Assembly (NCBI GenBank): GCA_023334545.1
Contig: JAADVB010000056.1
Span: 1-64,000, forward strand
Source of the DNA: Salisapilia sapeloensis CBS 127946
Lineage: Eukaryota; Protista; Oomycota
Direction of reading: 5' to 3'
Length of the DNA: 64,000 bases
Shown here one piece after another: positions 1 to 11,588 of this stretch. The notes below the pieces were generated by a model. The model was given only the letters and a program-made list of their open reading frames with translations. It made no database searches and was not told where the DNA came from. The first letter of the stretch is position 1. The number at the start of each line of letters is the position of its first letter. The position numbers were made by a program, and so were the translations under genes.

Positions 1-2300
1 AACATTATGTTTAAACTTTAGACATAAAATAACTATAACTACATATTATTTTAAAAAGCGACAATTACTTTACGTATAGCCTTGTTCTTTGTTTAAAACA
101 AAATAAAAATCCTATCAAGCTGGTCTAATGAGAAACATTTAAATATACTAAAACCATAGATAATAAAGCGAATTAATATTTCTAAATTGTATTTAAGTAC
201 ACTTTAAATGCTATCAAAAAACAACGAAATTTATAAATTGACTTTCTGTTACAAAATACTTTTTTTTTTGACTATCTTAGTACTAAATAAATAAGTTCAT
301 GACTAACAAAGAAACAAATATAAATTGTATTTAAAGTAATGAAAAGATAAACGATTTACATAAATAAAAATTTAAAACTATGCTAGCTAACATATAATAA
401 CAAATATGCTAATTAGAACAATATAGAACACTTTTATAATGTATTATTAGTTTAAACCATAAACATTTTTAAAATTAATATTTATAAAGATAAATTGTTC
501 AATAAATGTACTTAAAAAACAATGCAAATTTATGCAGCATTTGGCTGTAAGTATTAAGCAAAATTTATAACATTGTTTTGTATTAATACATTACACTATA
601 AAAAAATTTGTATTAAAAGCATTTAAGTGTATGCCATATATATTTCTGTTGTCTAGTTGTAGCAGTTGTTGCAAAATTTTATGTAGCAAATATACAGAGT
701 TTGTTGTTCATATATAGTATTAAAGTCAAATATTGTAATAAATAGACTACAAATTTTTTATAGTACCGCATGTTTGCTTTTGATTTATATAAAGCAGTAT
801 TGGTTTTAAAAAAATGCTATAAAATTTATAATATTATAAAACCCTAAATTTATGAAGCATTGTTTACAAATTTGTAAAGTATTTATTACAACACAGCTTA
901 CATTGTGAGAGATGATACTTTTTATTTTGAAATCATTTTACAAAATAAGCAAAATATTTGTTTAAATATATATAACAATGATAGATGAATAAAGGTTGTT
1001 ATATTTTATTTATTTAAAATATTTTAGGCTGTTCGTTTACACATAAAAGGGCTTCATAAAATCATACAAATAATTTTCAAGCGATAATTTTAGTCTATGT
1101 TTGACAAATAAGTGGCTTGTATAAAATCTATAAGCTACAAATGCTCTAAAATAGTTATATTGTTTTTTGTTGTTAATAGGTGCCTTTTTATTGTATCAAA
1201 TTTTTATATAGATGACGCTTAAAGTCAAACATATTTATAATGTTTTGTAACTTAATTTTTTCTTAAGTGTGTATTAATAGATTTAATTATATTTGTACAC
1301 GTATAATAAATTTTACGTTGTTGATATTTAGCTCGATAAAAATGTATTAGTTTCTATTAATAAGAAGCTGTAGAAACAAGTAAGCAATATCAAGTTACTT
1401 ACAAGCAGAATAAATAAATGCTGCTATATCATTTGATATATTTTATTGTTTTAGTAATGTAAGTTATACAAAAAATTTGCTGTAATGTTAAATACAGAAC
1501 TGACACAAATATTATTTGTATATATAACATTTAGTGTCTGCATCTTTAAAATAATTTTATGTTAAAGATTTTTAATTTATATGCAAAGTTGACTGCAATT
1601 AAAGTACATATACTTTAAAAGTACTAACAAATACGACTTTGTAAATGTGTGCTGTTTTTGGTTGCAGTGTTTGACAAAATTGACATTTAAAAAGCCTTTA
1701 ATAAAACATAAAATAGAGTTAAAATACTCTTATGATATATAAATTTTAGTTTTTTTTCTTTTATTTTAATAAGCAGACAAACCTTTCGTTAATTTTTTTG
1801 TCTTTTTTTTAGCGTGAGTGTGCAACTTATTATGTTGTTTGCAAATTATACGTAGACACTCAAAAGAAAATTTTATTTATGTATTTAATGTTTTAAACGT
1901 TACTTAGAATAAAACTTTTGTGTCTTTTAACGCAAAGAACTTGAAGTGTACATTGTGATCTTGTCTTGGTTTATGTTGTAGACCTTCTAGAAAAGACAGG
2001 CACTGTATTACGTTGCTATTTTGCAAAAATTTTAGGATTGATGGTGTTTTGATGGGATGTTATCTACATGTTCTAGTAGTATGGGTCAAAGCTACTGTCC
2101 AATATTGGTGATAATGTCTGAGTAAATTTTACTAAAATATTCTGATACTCTAAATATGTTTGATTTATTTGTTGATGCTGATCACTTGTTATTAGCAAAG
2201 AATTATACAGACGACATATTATTTTGTTTTCGTAAATAGCTAGTCTTGATGCTGGTCAAACGACTAGATAGAATTTAGAATTTAGTGACGTTGTTGCTCA
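1..2300. other. Very AT-rich, ORF-free block (probable hypermutated repeat/TE relic)
   Basis: Roughly 20-25% GC in hand-counted lines, against visibly GC/CpG-rich genes downstream. No ORF >=60 aa. Composition grades back towards normal over ~1.9-2.35 kb. Confidence 0.6.
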
Positions 2301-2358
2301 AAGCTCTCCCTGAACTGTTCTACTCTCTAAATGTTTGTATGTGTTGATTGCTCGACCA

Positions 2359-5298
2359 CTAGCTAATCTCAAAGAAGTTTCGGTTGCTCGACTTTTTGGT
2401 CTCACTTTCATGCAATATACCTTCGGTCTTGAGTACAATAAGCGATGGATGCCGCTGTTCAATTTTTTGGAACAGATTCACAAGGCTTGATTGGGTTTGG
2501 TCTTCACCTTTTGCCTCGGTGACGTTTTGTCCGATTAGCGGTGACGTAGAGTGCGGAGATGTCATAGGTAATAACGCGAAGATCGCCAGGAGTAGTTCGA
2601 ACTTTTCAAATGATATGACATCTGTGTGAGCTGTACCGCATATCCAGTTGACGGCCTCATAGAATCGATATGCTCTCGGTAGTTCCTTTTGCTCGGCAAT
2701 AGCAAACTCTCTGAGAAACTCGCTTAATCCATAGAAGCTTAAGATTTTAAGCTTTGGTTCTTGCGCAGAGTAATGTCGATGAAGTCTCTGAATCGAATTT
2801 CTATTGTTTGTTAGAAGCTCCATTGCTTTTGGCGATGCCTTTACCGCAGTCTCAACTTCTTTGCATGCTTTAATATCACCAATTAACAGTGATCCTAATT
2901 GTAAGCCGAGAGGGACGAGGTATGTTGTTAGAAACCACTCATCGTCATCACTTGAATTGTTACTTTGAGCAGTATGACGCTGGTCAACCATCTTTTCGCG
3001 AACTAGCTGCATTGCTACGTATAACTCGCTCACGCTTAGAGCTTGTCCTGTAGTTGACGCTCTTTGAGCCGTCATACCTCCCTTCTGCATCGCTTGAGCA
3101 AATATCATGTCGACGACATGAAGTCTCAGCCAAGGCTTCCGATTAGAAATGGAGCTTGTGTCCTTGCAAAGGTTAGCCTCATAAAGCATTTTACGGAATT
3201 GGCTCTTCATGAGGCCTTCTGTATACAAAGGGTCGATCATTGCAACGTAGTAGTTGAAAAAGCAGTTGCACAGACGTTTCTCAGGAGTTAGAACTTGCAC
3301 ATCTTGTACCCCGTGTAGCTTCAGGTACGTTGTCAGGAAAATTTCCAACGCTGGTTCATTTTCGCAAATCTCTTCAAATTTCTCGTCTACCTCCATGATT
3401 TCTGATTCCGCGAAGCCTATGTCGTTGTTACTAGATCTTCTTGCGTGTGAGAACTTCATCATCATCGACTGCTTTTTTTTCCGGATGAATGATGAGCGAG
3501 GTAGAATTTTATGAAGCTGCGCTTGCTCCTCTCGTTTCTTCATATTCCGACGCCTGTTGAGTAGCTCTTCCTTGTACCATTCCAGCGCTTGACGGTGCGC
3601 CTCCAGTTGCCTGTGCTTATCTGCTGCAAGTGCCTTCGCGAGGCTGCTCCGAGTGTCGTTCAATTCCTCCCACATCTTTGACGCAACTTGGGCAGTTCGA
3701 GCGCCGGAAGACGTTTGAAGTCGATGGATGATCTCCGGTTCTTCCCATTGCGTCTCTCCTGTCCTGGAGTTTTGGTAGTAAATTGCACGACTGGTGGGAT
3801 CCTGTACGGCAAACCACTCCGAGTCTCTGCCTGCAGCAACACACATCGTTTGACGTTTCTTCTTAACCCAAACGTACTCGTCATCATTTTGCACTTCTGG
3901 GATCGTATCATTCGTTTCTTGCGAATACGCCAGGCGTGCACTATGTGCGGACGCCTGTGAAAGCCTTTTGTCGTCAGCCTTGATGATGAACGACTCAGGA
4001 CGCTCCCATTGGCATTTGCCAGACAAGTTATTGTAATAGAAAGCAAGCTTACTCGTCGGATCCCAGCACTCGATCCAGCCACTCTTCATACCGGTGGCCA
4101 TACTAGTCACGTCATTGAACGTGCCATCTTCTGTCTGTAGATCACTCATCCAAGCATTTGCTGGCGCTTGCCAAGTCGTCGCCTTGGATGCTTCTTCCTC
4201 TGCAGCAGCAAGTACTTGTGCACATTCTTCATGTTTGTTATGTTGTGCGAGCATTTTGGCCGTGTGCTCGCTTCCGTTGGTGCTGTTCGGATCTGCTCCA
4301 TAGGCAAGTAGTATCCGCAAGGAGTGGATACTTCCATTGCACGCAGCCGCATGGATCGGTCGGTCGCCTCGCGAGTCCTCTTGTTCGAGCATCCAGGAGT
4401 TGCTCTGGTGGTTCCAATTGCAAAGGTATTCGACGCAAGCGTGTCGGTCTCGAGCACAGGAGACGAACAGTGGCGTTCGACCGAGTTGGTCGCCTTGGAG
4501 CAAGTCATCACCGAAGGACAGTAGCAGGTCGTAGCATTCGGGTGTAGCTGCTAAATGAGAAGGTTTAAAGCCCTTTGCGTTCCGAGCGTGTGGGTTTGCT
4601 CCGGCATTCAAGAGATACTCTAGACACTCGTGTCGTCCAAAAAAGCAGCAAGCGTGAACCGGCGTGTCCAGCTGGAAGTCCGGCAGGTCTCGCCACTCCT
4701 TCTTCCTATTGAGTAGGACGACGCAGCACTCGACTCTATTCGCTGCGCATGCGTAGAACAGTGGTGTCCGCTTCTTTTTATCTAGCTCTGGGTACTTGTC
4801 TACTTGCAGTTTCCGGAGAGCGACCTGTAGACACTCGATATGTCCTGCATAGGCAGCAGCATGTGGCACAGGTATGTCTTTGGACGTCTGACAGTTGGCG
4901 CAAGGGTATCCGGCAGTGGATTTAGACGGAATGTCGTGGAGTATGGTTGTAGATTTGCCTTCGGAAGGGATGGGTCGTAGTCGTCGAGGTTTCTTGGAGG
5001 ACGGAGACGCTTGTGTCGGCATGTCGTCTTTATCGACCAAGGAAGCGAGATGGGAATGCGACTCGATCTTGTACATCTGAGAGGAAGCTAGTTCGAGGGA
5101 CGTCGTTTCGTTCACCTCGCTCTCCTCGTCGCTTTCGTCTGTGACTTTGGCATCGATGAGCTGGTCGCACAGGAGCTGTTCGGTGGAAATGTCATGTGAT
5201 AGTCTATTGACAAGACTCTTCCTAGGTCTCGCCGGCGGGTCCTCACTAGAGCCGAGGGGACTGTTGTCTACGTAGACTCGAAAGGACCTCTTGGTCAT
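2359..5298 (-). CDS. Ankyrin-repeat and tandem WW-domain protein
   Basis: 979 aa ORF. Ankyrin repeats (TPLFYACAAN, TPVHACCFFG, RPIHAAACNG). Two WW domains (WIECWDPTSKLAFYYNNLSGKCQWERP; WFAVQDPTSRAIYYQNSRTGETQWEEP), then a coiled coil and a helical C-terminus. Confidence 0.85.
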   Translation of the reverse strand: MTKRSFRVYVDNSPLGSSEDPPARPRKSLVNRLSHDISTEQLLCDQLIDAKVTDESDEESEVNETTSLELASSQMYKIESHSHLASLVDKDDMPTQASPSSKKPRRLRPIPSEGKSTTILHDIPSKSTAGYPCANCQTSKDIPVPHAAAYAGHIECLQVALRKLQVDKYPELDKKKRTPLFYACAANRVECCVVLLNRKKEWRDLPDFQLDTPVHACCFFGRHECLEYLLNAGANPHARNAKGFKPSHLAATPECYDLLLSFGDDLLQGDQLGRTPLFVSCARDRHACVEYLCNWNHQSNSWMLEQEDSRGDRPIHAAACNGSIHSLRILLAYGADPNSTNGSEHTAKMLAQHNKHEECAQVLAAAEEEASKATTWQAPANAWMSDLQTEDGTFNDVTSMATGMKSGWIECWDPTSKLAFYYNNLSGKCQWERPESFIIKADDKRLSQASAHSARLAYSQETNDTIPEVQNDDEYVWVKKKRQTMCVAAGRDSEWFAVQDPTSRAIYYQNSRTGETQWEEPEIIHRLQTSSGARTAQVASKMWEELNDTRSSLAKALAADKHRQLEAHRQALEWYKEELLNRRRNMKKREEQAQLHKILPRSSFIRKKKQSMMMKFSHARRSSNNDIGFAESEIMEVDEKFEEICENEPALEIFLTTYLKLHGVQDVQVLTPEKRLCNCFFNYYVAMIDPLYTEGLMKSQFRKMLYEANLCKDTSSISNRKPWLRLHVVDMIFAQAMQKGGMTAQRASTTGQALSVSELYVAMQLVREKMVDQRHTAQSNNSSDDDEWFLTTYLVPLGLQLGSLLIGDIKACKEVETAVKASPKAMELLTNNRNSIQRLHRHYSAQEPKLKILSFYGLSEFLREFAIAEQKELPRAYRFYEAVNWICGTAHTDVISFEKFELLLAIFALLPMTSPHSTSPLIGQNVTEAKGEDQTQSSLVNLFQKIEQRHPSLIVLKTEGILHESETKKSSNRNFFEIS

Positions 5299-5350
5299 AT
5301 TGCAGAGTACGGGAGACGTTTCAGAAGGAACTAAATTAGATGTATTTGAC

Positions 5351-6931
5351 TTAGGAGGAAGAAGGTGTGGTGCTATCGAGTAATTCAGATGACTCGGCCG
5401 GACTCTTGCCTACTTGTTCACCTTTTTCCTCTGTTTCACTCTTGTCACTAGCGCCTCCAGCTGGGACGTCCTGCTCTTGGCTTTCTTCCTTGGCCTCTTC
5501 CTGCCGCTGGTCTCGAGAGAACAAGCCTCGACCGTCGACAGCTCTGCGGACGAGAGACGCCACAAAGGAAGTGGTGGACCACTTGGGAGGCTTGTCTTCC
5601 TCCCGACTCTCCTCCTCCATCTCTGTCTGTGCGTTTGTGGGCGAGTAAAAGACCTCGTCGCTGGAGGAAGAGGATGAGCTGTGTCTCTCTCCAGCCTCCA
5701 GGTCCACTTCCTCCAGCTCTGCCTCTTCCTCTACGTCCTCTCTATCCTCCTTCTCTTCCTCCACTTGACTAGTCTCTTCGTCGTCAATCACAAACGTCGG
5801 GGCTCTGGCGTTGGCAAACATCATGGGCGTCGGCGTGTCCTCTGCGCCAGACGAGTTGTCCGTCGAGTGGACGTTGGAAGCGGAGGCTGTCCGCTTGAAC
5901 CTCCCTCGTCCGGAGGCGTCGGCTCTCTGGAGCATGTACTCCTGGTAGCTCGGCATAAAGTTGTGGTAGGCGTCGGCCAGGATGTCCGAGAGACTGAGCA
6001 CCTCCTTCATGTTCTTGAGGACCTCCGAGTCTGGCATCCGATCTAGATTCTGTTTCTTGAACTGCGACGCGTTGAAGGCCAAGAGGTGGACTAGTGCGAA
6101 GGGGACCATTTCGACGCACAGGACGAGGTCTTTCCATGCGAAGCTCTGTTCGTCCGAGATGTGCGGGATCAAGTCGATGAGTCCACTCTGCCAGAAGGTA
6201 AGGAAGATGACGATTTTGACGGCGAAGAACTTAAGGACGGGGGAGAAGGGCTGGAGGATGTGCTTGGTGGCAAAGTAGAAGAGCCAGAGGCCGTAGAGCG
6301 CGAGGGAGTACGAGATGTTGTAGACGACGGTGAGGAAGAGCTGGTAGGCAAAGGACTCGTACTGGCCGCACACGAGCATGATGAGCGACAGGACGGCAAA
6401 GACGGGTTTGATCAGGACAAACTGGATGGTGGCGCGTTTGCAGTTGCGCAGGAGCCGGCCGTCGCGACCGATGGGCGTGAGGCACTTGTTGAGCGGCCAG
6501 GCGTGCGTGATGTCCGGCTCACCCTGCATCTTGAGGACGCAGACGGACTCTCCGCCAGCAAAGGACAGGACGAGCGCCAGGAAAGAGTAGACGACGAAGG
6601 CTTCGTAGATGTCTCGAATCGTGTCAAAGTAGAGCGCTTGGTGGACGAACTTGAGGCTGAGGAAGGAGCCGAGGGCGTAGACTGGAACGACAACCAGGAT
6701 GCGCACGATGTATCTCTGCAGTTGCGGGCGAGAGTAGTGCTGGAGGTGCTGATAGATGTTGAGAATACTGAGGAGAGAGGCGATGACGACGCATGCAAAG
6801 GCCAAGAGGAGGCTCTGTCCTCGATTGGTCTCGACCCAGGCGAGTGGGATGCCCAGCAGCTCTCCGGAGCCAGTAGCGTTTCCATCGTCCAATTTGGTTG
6901 CGTTCACGTGGAGACCTTTGGCAGCGTCCAT
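5351..6931 (-). CDS. TMEM184: TMEM184 / organic solute transporter alpha (OST-alpha) family membrane protein
   Basis: Family motifs QHLQHYSRPQLQRYIVRILVVVPVY, DTIRDIYEAFVVYSF and KFFAVKIVIFLTFWQ. Multiple TM helices and an acidic tail. Confidence 0.9.
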   Translation of the reverse strand: MDAAKGLHVNATKLDDGNATGSGELLGIPLAWVETNRGQSLLLAFACVVIASLLSILNIYQHLQHYSRPQLQRYIVRILVVVPVYALGSFLSLKFVHQALYFDTIRDIYEAFVVYSFLALVLSFAGGESVCVLKMQGEPDITHAWPLNKCLTPIGRDGRLLRNCKRATIQFVLIKPVFAVLSLIMLVCGQYESFAYQLFLTVVYNISYSLALYGLWLFYFATKHILQPFSPVLKFFAVKIVIFLTFWQSGLIDLIPHISDEQSFAWKDLVLCVEMVPFALVHLLAFNASQFKKQNLDRMPDSEVLKNMKEVLSLSDILADAYHNFMPSYQEYMLQRADASGRGRFKRTASASNVHSTDNSSGAEDTPTPMMFANARAPTFVIDDEETSQVEEEKEDREDVEEEAELEEVDLEAGERHSSSSSSSDEVFYSPTNAQTEMEEESREEDKPPKWSTTSFVASLVRRAVDGRGLFSRDQRQEEAKEESQEQDVPAGGASDKSETEEKGEQVGKSPAESSELLDSTTPSSS

Positions 6932-7674
6932 GTCGCTTGGGGGGAGCGAAGGAACTGGCGCGGCATACAGACGGGAAGAGAGTGGGACGGTACCAAATGT
7001 GTACTAGGTCTCGTTCGAGGTTGAAAAGATGCAGATTCTATTTCGAGTACTGTCAAGGGGTAGACGCCTCTTGATACCGACATGACGCTAGGTGGAGACA
7101 AGAGTATTCGACCAGAGCACTGCACGTCGCCTCTGACGAGAGAGAGAGGGCGTGGGAGGCTGCTACCCAAGGCTACGAGGACGAGCGACCGGCGATCGAC
7201 TGGGTTCGGAAGCGACTCTGTCGTCCCGCAGTTGCGTGTCCGAGACGAAGCGCGTCCGATCGAAGAAGATAAGGCGGAAGAAAAGGTGCTCTTCCAATTT
7301 GACCTTTGGTGCAAGACGAGCAAGCGCGCCCCGCTCGTCGACGCAATCTGTCGTGGCGTTAGTAACCAGCTCGCCCACCCTGCGTTCGTCCCGACACGCT
7401 CGACGTCGCCGCGTCTGCCGTCTTCTTCCGTGTAGCCATGTTTCGCAATTCCAAATTAATACACGCCATCTTTCATCTTGGGAGGTACATGTAGCATCAG
7501 AAAGAGTATGTCTACGGAAGCAGGAGGGCGTGGGCAGACGACCGGATTAGTCATCAGAAGCGAATGGTCCGTCTCAGATAACCTTTATCTTGTATCGGAC
7601 TTACACCGGCCAAGAGAGTGGAGAATGACTGGAGAAATGCCGTCAGTTCTCCATTCCCAGGCGAAGGAGCAAGC

Positions 7675-9651
7675 ATGGGCCCGATGCTCAACGTGCTTGT
7701 CACTGGCTTTGGACTGGTGCATGCACCTCCGCAGCCCGACTGGATTGTGCGTTTCAGAATTCGCTTGATACAAGTAGACGGTTGGAGAATAATGTATACA
7801 TACTAGGCCTTCTTCCTGTCCGTTCAGCGTGGTGGCAATCAGACATGGACGGTCTACCGTCCGTACGATGCCTTCCAGCGACTGAGCAACCAGGTACATT
7901 GATCTCAAAGCATTTGCAATGCATGGCTACAGTCGATGACGAGTACCTCGTAGCTTTCGATGATCTACGGACACAACGTCCCGACGTGCCCACCCAACAT
8001 GACCGACCTGCGCTTCCCTGAAAGCGTCGAAAAGGCGCGCATGGACCTGTCGATGTGGGTTATGCAGCTCATGCGGCAGCCAGCCGTGTCGCAGTCCCAC
8101 GTCTTCCTCGACTTTGTCAGCGCCGACGCCAACGTCCGTCTCTTTTGATTCAGCAGTCGCATCGTCCGACTAACGTTGTATGCGCAGGTCCCTCCGCCAG
8201 GTCTCCAGCAAGGCAGCGACTCGACCAGTCCGGCTGGCAATCGAGAGAGCATCGGCGACTTAGACGTACGCTCCTCCTCCTTCCTCACCTTGAAGAGCTA
8301 CTGACCTGTGGACAGATGGACGAGATGTTCGATTCGGCGCCGGACGACGACGCCAGCCACGATGTAGACGACGACGTACGTATCTCTTGTTTCAACATGT
8401 ACTTATAGGAACTAAGGTCGGATCAGACTGGTCGCCTGCCGCCTGCGTCGTCTCTGAGACAAGGCGCGCAGCCCTTCCACCCGACGTCATCCCAGTTCGG
8501 CTCGAACGAGAGTCTGGACACGCCTCAGAAGAAGGAAAAGGTCCACCTGGAGGACTTTGCCATGATCAAGGTGATCGGCAAAGGCAGCTTTGGCAAGGTC
8601 CTGCTCGTCCGCAAGCGAGACACTGGCCTGACGTACGCCATGAAAGTGCTGCGGAAGGAGAACATTATCAAGCGCAACCAGGTGGAGCACACGCGGACAG
8701 AGCGGCAGGTGCTGGGCGTCGTCCGCCACCCCTTCATCGTCGGCCTCAACTACGCCTTCCAGACGTCCGAGAAGCTCTACTTTGTGCTCGACTACTGCGC
8801 CGGCGGAGAGCTCTTTTTCCACCTGGGAAAGGTGCAGCGCTTCCCGGAGCACCGAGCCAGATTCTACGCCGCCGAGATCGCCCTCGCTTTGGAATACATC
8901 CACAGTCTGGACATTATCTACCGAGACCTCAAGCCAGAGAACGTCTTGCTCGACGAGAACGGGCACATTCGGCTGACGGACTTTGGGCTGAGCAAAGAGG
9001 GCATCGGCGGAAACTTCACTGGCGCAACGTCCTTCTGCGGCACTCCAGAGTATCTCGCACCAGAGATCCTCGATCGAAGAGGCCACGGCCGGGCGGTCGA
9101 CTTTTGGTCTCTCGTACGTTTGCTTATTTATTTTTTGTTATCTAGATCGAGGTCTAAGGGTGTGCTAGGGTGCGTTGCTCTACGAGATGCTGACGGGTCT
9201 CCCGCCCTTCTACAGCCGCGACCGAGACAAGCTGTTCGACAAGATCCGAAGAGGCCACCTGACCTTCCCCAAGTACCTGTCTCCGAACGCCAAGGACGTC
9301 CTAGAGCGACTGCTGGAGCGAGACCCGACCAAGCGCCTCGGCTCCGGGCCGCAGGACGCGTCCGAGATTAAGCAGCATCCGTTCTTCAGCGACATCGACT
9401 GGGAGGAGCTGGCGGCAGGGAGACTGCTGCCTCCGTGGCGCCCGACGTTCACTGGCGCGCTCGACACGTCCCAGTTCGACCGCGAGTTCACCGAGATGCC
9501 AGTGAACAGTCCCGAGGGAGGTGTGATTCGAGGCCGCAAAGTGGCTGCTCGACCGACCGGCCAGCCATCCGGAGACCTCTTCCAAGGGTTTACGTATACG
9601 GAAGAGAACTCTTTTCTCTCGGAAGCGACGTTCGGGATGGACGATTTATGA
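7675..9651 (+). CDS. PX-domain AGC (SGK/Akt-like) Ser/Thr kinase, multi-exon
   Basis: Splicing GT-AG introns at about 7747-7806, 7894-7953, 8134-8187, 8266-8315, ~8376-8408 and 9114-9168 gives a PX-like N-terminus ([14 protein letters not shown]...FLDFV). The kinase domain follows ([35 protein letters not shown]|GALLYEM), with an AGC tail containing the FQGFTY hydrophobic motif. Confidence 0.88.
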
Positions 9652-9729
9652 GTGGCACAGGCAGACGCGTGTACCAGTAGGACGTTTTGTTGGACAAGAA
9701 TACAAGGGGTTTTTTGTTGCGAAAAGCTT

Positions 9730-11271
9730 TCATGTTGATTCGATGTGCAGCCACTCGGAAGGCGCGAGGGACAGGAGAGTCTTGAGGGAGCTCTCGCGGC
9801 TGGCGTAGGCTTCCGGAGGGTTCTGCATTAGGTGGCGAGCGGCGTCAAGGACGTCTGGGGCGTTCCACAGGAGCATGCCGACGATCTCACTCCCACGAAG
9901 GTAGTAGACGACGCCGCGAGCGTACTTGCCGTCCTCGTCTAGCGTCTTCCGAGGCGTCCGAACCCAGACGCCGACCGTCCGGAGACTAGAGTCGATCTCG
10001 CCGATGCCCTGCATGGTCACGTGGAGGCCATCCATGCGGCTGCAAAAGATGGGCTGGTGCCGGTACACCTGCAGCTGCTTGCGTCCGTCTGCGCGACTCG
10101 CGACCATGTTCCGGCCGGCGACGATGCCAGAGTTGAGCGCGGCGTCGAAGCGGTCGACTCGTCGGCGGCCGAGGCGAGGGTCAAAGTACGTGGCGGCGTT
10201 CCCGGCGACAAAGAGACCTGACAAGGCTTCGAGCTGGGCGTTGACACAGATGCCTCGCGTGCGTTCGTCGACCTCGAGGCAAGAGTCTCGGCCGAGCCGG
10301 AGGTTGGGGTCCGTGTGGGTGGAGGCGAGGACGGCGTAGTCGGCGGACAGACGCTCCTGTCTGCCGTGCACGAGCGCCTGCATCTGGATGACGCCGGGAG
10401 ACTCGGAGTCTTCCTGCAGACTCGTGATCAAGTGGTTCGGGACGAGCTCGACGCCGACAGACTCGAGTCTCCGGCCGACTTCCGACGCGAGGTAAGGAGG
10501 GAGGTATCTGCTCATAGGAGCGCTTTCGACGCATGCTAGTTGCGTCTTGAGATGGCTGTTACGAGCGTCTGTCGCGATGGCAGAAGCGACTTCGGAGCCC
10601 AAGAAACCGGCACCGAGGACCAGGACGGACGAGACGTCAGGACGAGTGTGGAGAGTATCTAGCTGTTCGAAGTCACGGACGGTCGTGCATTTGTTGACAC
10701 GGTCTTTTAAGGCATACGAGAGACGTTCTCTGTCGAGGACGTAGAAATGGCGAGGTCGGCCGGAAGAAGCGATGAGGCAAGTGTCGTACTCGATGGTCGT
10801 ACCGTCACTTAGGTGGACCGTGTGCTGTTCAGCGTCAAAACGAAGCGTCTGTTTGTTTAAAAGGAGCGTCACGACACTACTGTCTTGGGCGGAATCCCAC
10901 GAGCCTGAGAGATGACGGCGCCATTCGTTATACGTCGCTCGAAGCGACTCGGAGGTGGATGGAACGTCATTGGACGATGAAGATTGGGTGTCTACTCGAG
11001 GCTTTACGGGTTCATCGCTTAGAATCAAAATATCTGGATCCGGAGACGGATCGTCCTGCCGAATCGCCTCGATCGCCGCCAGCGCCGTCGTCCCGGACCC
11101 GATGATTACGTAGTCATGGTGCTTTCGCTGTTGCTGTCGACGCGTGAATCGGCGCGCTAGCTGCGGAGGCTGTACTCCTGGCTCGTTCTGGGACAAGGGG
11201 AGGGCGTAGGAAGCTGCAGCAGCACCGAGGACGAGAGCGAGCGGTCGAAGGCTCGACGTTCGACGGAACAT
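9730..11271 (-). CDS. AIF: Apoptosis-inducing factor (AIF)-like FAD/NAD oxidoreductase, probably mitochondrial
   Basis: Two Rossmann motifs (YVIIGSGTTA; VLVLGAGFLGSEVA) and an AIF C-terminal signature (RGVVYYLRGSEIVGMLLWN). Likely ATG at 11271 gives a basic presequence (MFRRTSSLRPL). Confidence 0.8.
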   Translation of the reverse strand: MFRRTSSLRPLALVLGAAAASYALPLSQNEPGVQPPQLARRFTRRQQQRKHHDYVIIGSGTTALAAIEAIRQDDPSPDPDILILSDEPVKPRVDTQSSSSNDVPSTSESLRATYNEWRRHLSGSWDSAQDSSVVTLLLNKQTLRFDAEQHTVHLSDGTTIEYDTCLIASSGRPRHFYVLDRERLSYALKDRVNKCTTVRDFEQLDTLHTRPDVSSVLVLGAGFLGSEVASAIATDARNSHLKTQLACVESAPMSRYLPPYLASEVGRRLESVGVELVPNHLITSLQEDSESPGVIQMQALVHGRQERLSADYAVLASTHTDPNLRLGRDSCLEVDERTRGICVNAQLEALSGLFVAGNAATYFDPRLGRRRVDRFDAALNSGIVAGRNMVASRADGRKQLQVYRHQPIFCSRMDGLHVTMQGIGEIDSSLRTVGVWVRTPRKTLDEDGKYARGVVYYLRGSEIVGMLLWNAPDVLDAARHLMQNPPEAYASRESSLKTLLSLAPSEWLHIEST

Positions 11272-11508
11272 TTTTTGTACTCGGATCCACTTGAAGTGTT
11301 TTTTACTTTTCCCCCACTTCAAGTTGTATAGTCGGATCGGTTACTGTAGTTTAAAACAAAGTGGTAAGGAATGTATCACTTATTCTTTGATAGAGTTATG
11401 CTGTGTAGGGAGTATTTGCTATGGATTTCTGATAATAGAATCAAAGAGTGTGAAAAATATTTTATTAATAATTGTTTTTATATATTGATTACGCAGTTCC
11501 AGTATAAT

Positions 11509-11580
11509 GGCTTCGTGGTCTAGTGGTATGATTCTCGCTTCGGGTGCGAGAGGTCCCGGGTTCGATTCCCGGTGAAGCCC
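11509..11580 (+). tRNA. tRNA-Pro, anticodon CGG
   Basis: GGCTTCG...TGAAGCC acceptor stem, D-arm TGGTCTAGTGGTATGA, anticodon arm CTCGC-TTCGGGT-GCGAG, T-loop GTTCGATTC; 72 nt. Confidence 0.95.
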
Positions 11581-11583
11581 CTC

Positions 11584-11588
11584 TTTTT
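11584..11588 (+). terminator. Pol III oligo-T terminator of tRNA-Pro
   Basis: TTTTT three nt after the tRNA 3' end, with a second T-run at 11591-11596. Confidence 0.7.

Noticed and set aside
1-2000. AT-rich block as a mitochondrial insertion (NUMT)
   Set aside because: No recognisable mitochondrial gene, tRNA or rRNA and no ORF >=60 aa; the dinucleotide pattern fits mutated sequence better. Not excluded without a BLAST.
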